This document shows, one piece after another, positions 21,613 to 30,455 of a DNA stretch of 64,000 bases. Made by a program: the position numbers and the translations under genes. Position 1 is the stretch's first letter. Each line of letters starts with the position of its first letter. This stretch comes from Deltaproteobacteria bacterium (lineage in GTDB: Bacteria; Myxococcota; Kuafuiibacteriia; Kuafuiibacteriales; Kuafuiibacteriaceae): the NCBI GenBank assembly GCA_040218735.1, contig JAVJQW010000049.1:128001-192000 (forward strand). Reading direction: 5' to 3'. The notes below the pieces were generated by a model. The model did not search any database, was not told the DNA's origin, and saw nothing but the letters and a program-made list of their open reading frames with translations.

Positions 21613-23730
21613 TCACCGCCAGCTGAAGCCCGAGAAGTGGCAGTCCGTGCAATCGATTCGCCCGAACGGGTGCGCGCCCGGGGCGACCGAACGCCCGCGC
21701 GCTGCGTCGAGCGCGTGGCAGTCGAAGCAGTCGGTCGGCAGCCCGACCCAGCGCTCGTTCGTGTGGCAGTCCATGCACGGCGTGACGAAGTGCCGTCCGC
21801 GCAGCGGCCACCCCGAGACGTCGTGGTCGAAGCGGACGAGGCTCCACCGATCGGCTTCGTGGCACCGTTGGCACTGGACGCCGAGCTGTCCGCTGTGCGG
21901 CTCGACGTGGCAGGTCCCGCACCGCTCCAACGGTGGCGCCACCTGACCGGCGGGGTGGCACTTCGCACACTTCAGCGCTGCGTGCCGGCGGACGAGATCG
22001 AACCCGGTGCCGCGGTGGTCGAAGGGATCGTCGAAGGCGCGCGACTCGTCGTGGCAGTCGCGACAGACCCCGAGCGCTTCGGAGTGGGTCGGCGCGTGGC
22101 AATTCACGCAGGCCTGCCGGTCCTTCGCCGCGTTCATCCGCGTGCTGTTCGTGCCTTCATGGCACTTCTCACATTTGGTCTCGGCGTGTTTCCCGGCGAG
22201 CTCGAACCCCGTGAGTTTGTGGTCGAACTTCGTGACCGGTGTGAAGCCATCGTTGGTGTGGCAGCTCGCGCAGTCCTCACCGAACTTACCTTGGTGGACG
22301 TCGACGTGGCAGCCGGCGCACTCGACCGGGAGGCCCGTCAGCTGCCCGCCGACGTGGCAGTCACTGCATTCGACCGACTTGTGTTTCCCCGCGAGCGGGA
22401 ACTTCGTCTCTTCGTGGCGCTCGACGGTGAAGAGGGCGGGGGGCGACCAGTCGGCCGTCGAGTGGCACGTCTCGCAGGCGGCCTTGGCCTGTCCGTCGTG
22501 CGCGTCCTCGTGGCAGTGCACGCATGCCTTCGTCCCCTTCGGGAAGTCCTTCGTCTTCTCCGCGTGGCAGTCTTGGCAACTCACCTCCACGTGTTGCCCG
22601 TCGATAGGGAAGCCGGTCGATTCGTGTTTGAACTTCGGTTGGTCGAAGCCCTTTTCGTTGTGGCACTGTTCGCACGCGCCGAAGTCACCGTGGGCCTTCA
22701 TGCCCTCGTCGCGGTGGCAGCCCGCGCAATCCTCCGGAGCCGCCTTGAACTGAGTTCGTCGACGCCGCTTCTGGAAGTGGCACCGGTCGCAGTCGACGGT
22801 CAGGTGGAGATCGACCAGCTCGAACCTCGACTTCTTGTTGTGATCGAACCGGTTGTTCTTCCACGACGTCGCCGAGTGACAGAGGCTGCACTCACCCAAG
22901 AACTCATGCGTCGACTCCTTCGCGTGACAGCCGCTGCAGAGGGTCGGGGTGTTCGTGAAGTCGAAGTCGACGTGGCAGCTCGTGCACGACGCCGTCCGGT
23001 GTTTCCCAGGGAACTTACACGTGCAGTAGGAGTGGTCGAACTTCGCGGGCTTCCAACCCGCGACCTGGTGGCAGTTGTCGCAGGGGGCGTTCGTCCCGTC
23101 GTGTCCGCGCTCGTGACACGTCGCGCACCGGACCTCCTTCGTCAGGCTGCGCCCGCCGAGGTGGCAGTCCGTGCACGTGCGCTCGGCGTGGCCGCCGTGC
23201 ATCGCGACCGCGTGGTCGCCGATCTTCTTGAGCCCCGTCTTCCAGCTCGTGTCGCCGTGGCACTTCTGGCACTGCGCGCCGAGCTCACCTTCGTGGACGT
23301 CGTCGTGGCACTTGGCGCACAGCGAACCCATCTCGCGGAGGGGTTTTGTGTGGCACTTCGCGCAGTCGATCCCGTCGTGTTTGCCGCGCAGCGCGAAGCG
23401 CGTGTCGTCGTGGGTGAATTTCTCGAGCGCGGCGGCCACGGTGAGGGACGCGCTCCGCCCACCGTGGTCGGCGTGACAATCGATGCACGGGGTCTTCGCG
23501 ACCTTCGCGTGGTACCCGACCGACTTGTCGATCCTGCGGTCGAGGTCCACGTGACAGTCGAGGCACTTCTCGTCGGGGACGCCCTTGAAGACGAGGTGGC
23601 AGCTGTCGCAGTTGGATTCGGTCTTCACGTGGTCGGTGCCGACGGGGCCCGGCGACAGGAGCGCCTGCCAGCCCGCGACCGCCGCGGCGGGCGCGAGCAC
23701 GATCGAGATTGCGATGACGAGACGTTTCAC
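21613..23730 (-). CDS. 30-heme c-type cytochrome built of ten triheme (c7-like) repeats
   Basis: Signal peptide VKRLVIAISIVLAPAAAVA; 30 CxxCH motifs counted; recurring FxH..T.F.L.GxH module before each triad. Confidence 0.95.
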   Translation of the reverse strand: MKRLVIAISIVLAPAAAVAGWQALLSPGPVGTDHVKTESNCDSCHLVFKGVPDEKCLDCHVDLDRRIDKSVGYHAKVAKTPCIDCHADHGGRSASLTVAAALEKFTHDDTRFALRGKHDGIDCAKCHTKPLREMGSLCAKCHDDVHEGELGAQCQKCHGDTSWKTGLKKIGDHAVAMHGGHAERTCTDCHLGGRSLTKEVRCATCHERGHDGTNAPCDNCHQVAGWKPAKFDHSYCTCKFPGKHRTASCTSCHVDFDFTNTPTLCSGCHAKESTHEFLGECSLCHSATSWKNNRFDHNKKSRFELVDLHLTVDCDRCHFQKRRRRTQFKAAPEDCAGCHRDEGMKAHGDFGACEQCHNEKGFDQPKFKHESTGFPIDGQHVEVSCQDCHAEKTKDFPKGTKACVHCHEDAHDGQAKAACETCHSTADWSPPALFTVERHEETKFPLAGKHKSVECSDCHVGGQLTGLPVECAGCHVDVHQGKFGEDCASCHTNDGFTPVTKFDHKLTGFELAGKHAETKCEKCHEGTNSTRMNAAKDRQACVNCHAPTHSEALGVCRDCHDESRAFDDPFDHRGTGFDLVRRHAALKCAKCHPAGQVAPPLERCGTCHVEPHSGQLGVQCQRCHEADRWSLVRFDHDVSGWPLRGRHFVTPCMDCHTNERWVGLPTDCFDCHALDAARGRSVAPGAHPFGRIDCTDCHFSGFSWR

Positions 23731-25103
23731 CACGTCGCACCCCACTGCGCACCGGCGTGTACGAAGAAGCGGATCTCCCCGCCGTTGAGGTTCTTCTCGA
23801 AGTCGCCGCCTCCGAAGAAGTACGCGTGTGCGTAGAAGATCCGCGCGAACAACACTTGCTGCGCCTGGAGCACGAACGGCGACAGGTCGTCCGGGTCGAC
23901 GGGTTGGCCGGGGGAGCGCGGATCGAAGGCGAGGCCCGAAACCGGTGCCGCGGAGCGTTCGAGGAAGCGGACGCCGGCCTGTGCGTCGACGTTGAATCGG
24001 CGGAACCCGAGCGCGCCCTTCCAGAGGATGCGGTCGAGGTCGGGACCGTCGGGGTCGTCGAATTCGATGTCGTCGTAGAAGATGCGCGCGAGGAGGTACG
24101 GACCCTTGATCCCCAGGCGGTTCGCTTCGATGGAGGCGCCGTAGCGGATCTCGCGCCGGTCCTCGCGGATGCGCAGGCGCGCCGAGGCGCGAACCCATCC
24201 GAGCTCCAGCGGCTGCACCGCGGCGTGGACGCGGTTGTCGAGGAAGTTCGGATCCTGGAGGACGTCGAGGTCGTCCGCGAGGCCTTCACGGAACACCGCG
24301 GCGCGTTGGAACTGGCCTTGGTAACCCACGCGAACCCAGTCGAAGGGCTGGTAGTCGGCGAACAGCACGACGCCGAGGAGGTTGAGCGCATTGGCCTGAA
24401 GCTGCGCCGACGACCACGACGGCCCGAGCACGTACGAGGCGCGTTCGGAGAACGAGACGTTGCCGCCGATCGTCAGCTCGTCGGTCGGGCGACCGACGCC
24501 GAAGAGCATCAGGTTGAACGCGTCGAAGTCTTCGGTGACCTGGGTGTCGTCGTCCTGTCTCAGCAGCTCGATGCGGTCGCGCGCGAACGCACCGACGAGC
24601 GAGGCTGAAAGTCGGGTGTCGCGCCAGGAGACGCCGCCGCCCACCGCGGGGAGGAAGTCGGAGAGGTCGACGTTGCGCCGTGACGTCGTGAGCGCGCGGC
24701 GGCCGCCGAACGCTTCGAAGCGGAGGCGGCCGTTGCGGTAGGCTGCCTTGACCGCGTCGACGGGGAGGAACGATGCGGAGCCCGCGACGAAGCGCCCGGC
24801 CGACAGCTCGAGGCCGTCGACGATCTCGTAGCCGACCTCCGCCTGGTAGAGGAGGCGGAGCGTGGTGTTCTGCACGGCGCCGCCGACCGGTTCGCGGCCG
24901 CGGTAGTCGACGGCGACCCGAAGTTTGTCGTCCAGCTCGCGAAGTCGCAGCCGGACGTGCATGCCGATCTCCTGCGCGGCGAACGACTCCGTGTCGGAGG
25001 ACGCCTCCGCCCGGAAGAAGTCGGTCGAGACGCTGCCGTCGACCTCGCCGGCGAACGCCGGGGACCCGAACAACACACAGAGGATGAACGCCAGGGCGCG
25101 CAT
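23727..25103 (-). CDS. Putative outer-membrane beta-barrel protein
   Basis: Signal peptide MRALAFILCVLFGSPAFA; alternating amphipathic strands; terminal Trp (FVHAGAQWGATW); no CxxCH; stop overlaps the cytochrome start. Confidence 0.7.
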   Translation of the reverse strand: MRALAFILCVLFGSPAFAGEVDGSVSTDFFRAEASSDTESFAAQEIGMHVRLRLRELDDKLRVAVDYRGREPVGGAVQNTTLRLLYQAEVGYEIVDGLELSAGRFVAGSASFLPVDAVKAAYRNGRLRFEAFGGRRALTTSRRNVDLSDFLPAVGGGVSWRDTRLSASLVGAFARDRIELLRQDDDTQVTEDFDAFNLMLFGVGRPTDELTIGGNVSFSERASYVLGPSWSSAQLQANALNLLGVVLFADYQPFDWVRVGYQGQFQRAAVFREGLADDLDVLQDPNFLDNRVHAAVQPLELGWVRASARLRIREDRREIRYGASIEANRLGIKGPYLLARIFYDDIEFDDPDGPDLDRILWKGALGFRRFNVDAQAGVRFLERSAAPVSGLAFDPRSPGQPVDPDDLSPFVLQAQQVLFARIFYAHAYFFGGGDFEKNLNGGEIRFFVHAGAQWGATW

Positions 25104-25861
25104 CACAGCCCGGGCGTGAACATGTACGAGAGGATGACGTGGACCGCCGCGAGCACGTACATCATCGCGGCGATCGGACGGTGCGCGATGATCCACCGCG
25201 AGAAGATCTTGTTGGCGGCCGCGTAGGCGATCATGCGCCGTTCGAGGATCAGACGCCGCTCCGCGAGCTCGCGAACCTGCGGCGCCAGCGACATCCCGCT
25301 CAATTGGCGGCGTGCTCGGCGGGCGTCGAGGTCGGCGCGCATCAGGCCGATGAGTCCGGAGGGCTTGGGGCCCTTTTGCGACAAGGCGAGAACCTCCGCG
25401 GGGAGGTCGCCGAGGGACGATAGCTCCGCATCGACGTCCTTCACCTCCATGCGCTCGCCATGAATGCTCCTCGGGAGCATCGAGTACATATAGCGGCCGA
25501 AGAGTCCGGAGAAGAACACGATGAGTACGAATACAAAACTCAGGAAGCCCGGGTTCAGCGGTGAGATGGGTGCCTCGCGGGTAAACAGGTGTGTCGAGTG
25601 GAATCCGACGAGGATCATGCCCTGAAATCCGAGGAAGATGTGCAGATGCAGCCACGCCGAGAGTCGCGCGACCTGCCGTAATCCTCGCGATCGTCGCGCG
25701 ATCGAGTAGACGAGCATGACGATCATCGCGATGAGTCCGCCCCAGCCTAGATAGATCGACAGTGGCGCGGATGAGTTGGGTGGGTCTTGGATGTAAACAA
25801 CGCTGAGATAGATCGTCTCGGCGATGATGATGACGAAATATAAGATTGGGATGAGTCGCAT
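25103..25861 (-). CDS. Integral membrane protein, ferric-reductase-like di-heme b candidate
   Basis: About five TM helices; two H-x13-H pairs (HIFLGFQGMILVGFH, HRPIAAMMYVLAAVH). Confidence 0.75.
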   Translation of the reverse strand: MRLIPILYFVIIIAETIYLSVVYIQDPPNSSAPLSIYLGWGGLIAMIVMLVYSIARRSRGLRQVARLSAWLHLHIFLGFQGMILVGFHSTHLFTREAPISPLNPGFLSFVFVLIVFFSGLFGRYMYSMLPRSIHGERMEVKDVDAELSSLGDLPAEVLALSQKGPKPSGLIGLMRADLDARRARRQLSGMSLAPQVRELAERRLILERRMIAYAAANKIFSRWIIAHRPIAAMMYVLAAVHVILSYMFTPGL

Positions 25862-25904
25862 TTATTATCGTCCTGGTCTCGCCGGGGTGGTAACTTCTCG
25901 GGCC

Positions 25905-27227
25905 GTGGAAGTCGTCGTCGGGTTCGGAGTGCTCATGCTTGGCCTCATCCTCCTCTGGGGCGTGCGGTCGCTGCGCGGCCAGCGCGAGCTGGAGTCGCAG
26001 TCGCGCGAGAACCTCTCGCACGCCGAACGGTCGGGCGCGCTCCCGCCGTCGCTCCACCCCAAGGTCAACCTCGACGTCTGCATCGGCACGGGCGCATGCG
26101 TGAAGGTCTGCCCGGAGGTCGACGTGCTCGGCCTGATCGACGGCAAGGCGCGGCTCGCGAACCCGACGAAGTGCATCGGTCACGGCGAGTGCCTGCGTGC
26201 GTGTCCCGTCGATGCGATCGAGCTGGTGATCGGCAACGAGCGCCGCGGCGTGGATATCCCGCTCGTCTCCTCGGAGTTCGAAACCAACGTGCCGAATCTC
26301 TACGTGGTGGGCGAGCTCGGGGGCATGGGCCTCATCTACAACGCGATGACGCAGGCGCTGCAGTGCATGCGCGCCGTGAAGCGCGCCGTACCGAAGAAGC
26401 AAGAGGGCGTGCATCAGCTGGTGATCGTCGGCGCCGGGCCGGCGGGGCTCGCGGCGTCGCTCGCGGCCATCGAGGCGAAGCTCGACTACGTGACGGTGGA
26501 TCAGGAGTCGATGGGCGGCACGGTGCTGCAGTACCCGCGACAGAAGATCGTGATGAGCCGCCCCGTGCAGCTCCCGATCTACGGCAAGCTCGCGATCACC
26601 ACGGTGTCGAAGGAGGACCTGCTCGCGCAGTGGGAGGACATCGTCACGAAGACCGGCGTCCGGGTTCGAAACCAAGTGCGCGTCGATGGCGTGAAGAAGG
26701 GCGACGACGGCATCTTCGAGGTCGCGACTTCGCAAGGTACCTTGCGCGCGAACGTCGTGCTCCTCGCGATGGGGCGACGCGGGACGCCGCGGAAGCTCGG
26801 CGTGCCGGGTGAGGACCTGCCAAAGGTCACCTACCGTTTGCTCGAACCGGAGAACTACGCGGGGAGCCGTTGCCTCGTGGTCGGCGGCGGCGACTCCGCA
26901 GTGGAGGCGGCGATCGCGCTGGGCGAGGCGGGTGCCACGGTCCACCTGTCGTACCGCGGGAGCGCGTTCGGTCGCATCAAGCCGAAGAACCAGGAGCGCC
27001 TCGACGCCGCGGTCGGTGCGGGCAAGGTCGCGCTGATGATGGAGACCAACACGAAGGCGATCACGAAGGACGCGGTGACGCTCGACGACGGCGGTCGTTC
27101 CATCGAGCTGCCCAACGACTACGTGCTCGTGTTCGCGGGCGGCGTGCTGCCGACGAAGTTCCTGCAGGCGGCGGGGGTCGAGGTGCAGACGTTCAAGGGC
27201 GAGGCCTTCGCGCCTGCGAATACCTGA
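25905..27227 (+). CDS. Membrane-anchored ferredoxin-domain FAD/NADPH oxidoreductase (TrxB/YpdA-like)
   Basis: N-terminal TM; CIGTGACVKVCP and CIGHGECLRACP; VIVGAGPAG; VVGGGDSAVEAA..SYRG; no redox CxxC; start uncertain. Confidence 0.9.
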   Translation: MEVVVGFGVLMLGLILLWGVRSLRGQRELESQSRENLSHAERSGALPPSLHPKVNLDVCIGTGACVKVCPEVDVLGLIDGKARLANPTKCIGHGECLRACPVDAIELVIGNERRGVDIPLVSSEFETNVPNLYVVGELGGMGLIYNAMTQALQCMRAVKRAVPKKQEGVHQLVIVGAGPAGLAASLAAIEAKLDYVTVDQESMGGTVLQYPRQKIVMSRPVQLPIYGKLAITTVSKEDLLAQWEDIVTKTGVRVRNQVRVDGVKKGDDGIFEVATSQGTLRANVVLLAMGRRGTPRKLGVPGEDLPKVTYRLLEPENYAGSRCLVVGGGDSAVEAAIALGEAGATVHLSYRGSAFGRIKPKNQERLDAAVGAGKVALMMETNTKAITKDAVTLDDGGRSIELPNDYVLVFAGGVLPTKFLQAAGVEVQTFKGEAFAPANT

Positions 27228-27259
27228 GCGTTCGACGACGAAGACGATCACGGCGCGGC

Positions 27260-28321
27260 TCAGTTGAAGTCGACCGTTCCGTCGACGTGGCGGTTCGGCG
27301 CGGTGATGGTGAGGTTCGGGCCGGCGACGGCGCCGTGGCAGTTGTTACAGGCGGACGAGCCGGGGTGCGGCGGCGGCGGAGGGTTCGCGTGGCAGGTGCC
27401 GCAGGCGGCCTGCGTGCCGTCGACATTCGTCCACACCGGCGTGGTGCTGCCGTGGCAGTGGGTGTTCGCGCACGTCGCGGCGTCGCGATCCCACGCGGGC
27501 GTGCGTCCACCGGTGGTGGGGACGGCTCCCCAGACGACCTCGGCGGGGGGCGCCGTGTCGGTGTGTCCGGGGTCGCCGACGGCCTGGATGTCGACGTGAC
27601 AAGCCGTGCACGTGACCGGCGCGAAGGGGCCGGCGGGGGCCAGGTGGATGCGGTGGGCGCCGACGCCGACGGTGGACGTGTCGGAGGCGCCGTTCAGATC
27701 GAGGGGCGGCGCGGGGTCGCTGTCGTCGCCGTGGCATCCGGTCGCACAGGAGCCGCCGCCTCCGTCGACGTCGAGCGTCCCGTCGAGGTGTCGCGACGGA
27801 TCCGCGAGCGTCTGGTTCGGTCCGGCGACGGGCGCGTGGCACGCCTCGCAGGTGTTCGAGGCGGGGTGGGGCGGCGGCGGCGGCATCGCGTGGCAGGCGC
27901 CGCACGCGGCTTCACTGCCGTCGAGGTCGGTCCATGCCGGCGCGCCCGCGCCGTGGCAGTAGGTGTTGTTGCAGGCGGCGGTCGCGCGGTCGTAGGTCGG
28001 GGCGGCGCCGGTGGAGGCGAGCGCGCCGAACTGGACCTCGGCGGGCCACGGGGTGTCGATGTGGCCGGGTGCATCGACGGTGCCCGGCACGAGGTGGCAC
28101 TCCCCGCACGCGACGGCGCGGCCGAGGCGCGCGCCGGTGAGGTGGGCCTGGTGCGCGCCGACCGCGGGGCCGTCGTCGATGCCGCCGAGCCCGGAGGGCG
28201 GCGCGGCGTTTGCGGCGCCGCCGTGGCAGTCCGCGCACCCGGCGACGGCGGGGACGTCCTGAGCGCGCTCGAAGCACGCCGTGGCGAGCAGGAGGAAGAG
28301 CAGGGGAGCGGGGGGGCGCAA
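27260..28321 (-). CDS. Lipoprotein multiheme cytochrome c with CxxxxCH/CxxCH domains (two tandem units)
   Basis: Lipobox LATAC; 7 CxxCH, 2 Cx4CH (CNNTYCH, CANTHCH), 1 Cx3CH (CATGCH). Confidence 0.9.
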   Translation of the reverse strand: MRPPAPLLFLLLATACFERAQDVPAVAGCADCHGGAANAAPPSGLGGIDDGPAVGAHQAHLTGARLGRAVACGECHLVPGTVDAPGHIDTPWPAEVQFGALASTGAAPTYDRATAACNNTYCHGAGAPAWTDLDGSEAACGACHAMPPPPPHPASNTCEACHAPVAGPNQTLADPSRHLDGTLDVDGGGGSCATGCHGDDSDPAPPLDLNGASDTSTVGVGAHRIHLAPAGPFAPVTCTACHVDIQAVGDPGHTDTAPPAEVVWGAVPTTGGRTPAWDRDAATCANTHCHGSTTPVWTNVDGTQAACGTCHANPPPPPHPGSSACNNCHGAVAGPNLTITAPNRHVDGTVDFN

Positions 28322-28495
28322 CGGGATCGAGTGTAGCGGCGCGGGGGCGCGAACCGAACGAAAGGTGGGGAGGGCCGGGCGGGCGCGGATCTGGCGATTC
28401 GATGCCGAATTCGGGCTGGAACGGGGAGGTATGAATCGTGGCTATGGCTACTATAGGCCACGCCTTGGACGCGCGACTGGCGCAATGCTCTGACA

Positions 28496-30145
28496 TCAAG
28501 GCAGCACGAGCTCGAACCCCGCCAGCCGAAAGCCCTTGGTGCCGACCGCACGCACGACTTCGATGTGCAGGCGCTTCACCTCCCCGATGGGTTGTGTAGC
28601 GAGCACGGTGCCGGGGTCGCCGAACTTCTTCGACGCGACGGCGAGGAGGCGCCCCTCTCCGTCGTAGACGCGCATCACCGACGGCTGCATCGATGCCTCG
28701 CCCGCGTCGCGGAGCACGACACTCTCGATCGTCGTCGGGTCGAGCTCCACGTCGAACGCGACGGTTCCGATGCTCCACTTCTGTTCGTACGTGAAGTGCA
28801 CGCCCTCCGACGCCATGGGGAACCGCGATGGCGGCGTCGCGGGTGACGTCGGCTTCGGGCCGGTCGCGCTCCGGAGCGCTCGACGCTCGAGCCGTGGTCG
28901 CCCCTCCAGGCGCTCGAACCGAACGGCGTTGTCCGGACCGTCCGTCACCAGCGCGGCGGGGGTGGTGAGGGGGATCTCGAAGTCGAGCACCTCGGTCAGC
29001 GCACGATCGATCGCGGCGGCGTCCCAGCCCTCGTTCTTCGCGAGGTGCCCAAAGAGCGCGGCCGCGATGACCTGGTTTCCGGACGGCATGAAGTGCCCCT
29101 GCGGAGCGCTTCGAGCCATCGTGTAGTACGCGTGCGCGTCCGCGAAGAAGGCGCGGTCGAGGGTGTCGACGCCCTGTTCTTCGAGGCACGCCACGAACGC
29201 GTCCCCGGCCGCGTCGGGCTGGTCCGCGTACAGCGGCACCACCAACACGGAGAGCTTGGCACCGTCGCGCTCGACGTCGCGCTCGAATGCGACGATCCGT
29301 TCACAGGAGAAGCGCGCCTTGTCCAGGTCGGTCCCGGGGTGGTCGACGTAGTTGTACACCGGACGATGCGCTCGAACGTGCACGAGGCCGAGATCTTCGG
29401 CGGCCGAAGCCACGAACGGGATCCTCAGCGCACCGTCGGTGAGGGTCCGATAGGCCAGAGAGCGGAAGTGGAGGCGTTCGTCGAGCGCCTGCCACGAGGA
29501 GAGGGAGACGTAGATCGCGGTCTTCTCGTACCCGACCCGGAACGCCTCGGTCGTCCCCTCCTCGAAGGGCTGTCCGATCCCGTAGCGCGTGCACGACGCG
29601 GGACCGTCGCGCTCTCGCCAGTTCTGCCACAGGTCGTTGCCGAGGTAGACCTGAAGCACGACATGGTCGGCCTGAAACGACCGCCCGATCGCGCCGTAGT
29701 AGAGCATCTGTCGGATGTTCGAGCTCCCCGAGATGCCCGTGTTCAGGACGTCGGCGCCGTCATCGACTTGGCGTAGCAGTGCGTCGAGATACGACGGATA
29801 GGCTTCGTCGTCGCGGACGCCATACCCGAAGGTGATCGAGTCCCCGAGGACCAGCACGCGAAGCCCGCGCTTCGTCTGCGCCATCGCGCGGGTCGAGCGA
29901 GCGCCGAGATCGTTGATGGTCGTCTCCACCCAGTGCTGGTCCTTGTCGTCGACGCGGGCATCGGCGGAGTGGAAGTCCGGCGTCAGAACCGTCCCGACCA
30001 CGGGGTGAAAGCTGTGGACGTACTGCGGCATCTTGCCGACGAGTTTCGTCGGAACGAAGAGGCGCAGGCACAGCTCGACGAAGGCGAGACCCACGACGCA
30101 GGTCACCAGGACAACGAGCAGGTTCGTCCCGATTCTGCGGCGCAT
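28496..30145 (-). CDS. SGNH/GDSL hydrolase family membrane-anchored protein
   Basis: N-terminal TM; VLVLGDSITFG, NTGISG, YLGND, GHFMPSGN. Confidence 0.85.
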   Translation of the reverse strand: MRRRIGTNLLVVLVTCVVGLAFVELCLRLFVPTKLVGKMPQYVHSFHPVVGTVLTPDFHSADARVDDKDQHWVETTINDLGARSTRAMAQTKRGLRVLVLGDSITFGYGVRDDEAYPSYLDALLRQVDDGADVLNTGISGSSNIRQMLYYGAIGRSFQADHVVLQVYLGNDLWQNWRERDGPASCTRYGIGQPFEEGTTEAFRVGYEKTAIYVSLSSWQALDERLHFRSLAYRTLTDGALRIPFVASAAEDLGLVHVRAHRPVYNYVDHPGTDLDKARFSCERIVAFERDVERDGAKLSVLVVPLYADQPDAAGDAFVACLEEQGVDTLDRAFFADAHAYYTMARSAPQGHFMPSGNQVIAAALFGHLAKNEGWDAAAIDRALTEVLDFEIPLTTPAALVTDGPDNAVRFERLEGRPRLERRALRSATGPKPTSPATPPSRFPMASEGVHFTYEQKWSIGTVAFDVELDPTTIESVVLRDAGEASMQPSVMRVYDGEGRLLAVASKKFGDPGTVLATQPIGEVKRLHIEVVRAVGTKGFRLAGFELVLP

Positions 30146-30264
30146 TCGACGACGGGTAGCGCCTCGCGTCGCTCGGGCGCAACGCGAATTCGTCGGGTTC
30201 TCGTGCGCGTCGCGGCGCGGAACGACCTCGAGGCGGAGCCTTCGCGGCAGAGTGGCTGGAAGTT

Positions 30265-30417
30265 GGGTCTCAGACCCGGTCTGGAGGTTCTTGGAGGCTC
30301 GGAGCTGGGTTTGAAACCCGATTTGGAGGTTCTAAGAGGGTCGGGATTGGGTTTGAAACCCGATTCGGAGGTTCTGAGAGGGTCGGGATTGGGTTTGAAA
30401 CCCGATTTGGACCCTCT
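30265..30417. repeat. Tandem array of about 3.5 copies of a 42-bp palindromic unit
   Basis: Units start at 30265, 30307, 30349, 30391; unit 2 is GGGTTTGAAACCCGATTTGGAGGTTCTAAGAGGGTCGGGATT. Confidence 0.9.
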
Positions 30418-30455
30418 CCGTAGCTCGTGCGTGGCTTCGAGCGTCGATCTCGGAC

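Noticed and set aside
23727-27251. 1174-aa ORF as a single protein
   Set aside because: Only the last 458 aa (from the ATG at 25103) look real; the rest overlaps two genuine genes
30265-30417. CRISPR array (GTTTGAAAC resembles repeat ends)
   Set aside because: Intervening sequences are near-identical rather than unique spacers, the period is only 42 bp, and no cas genes are present
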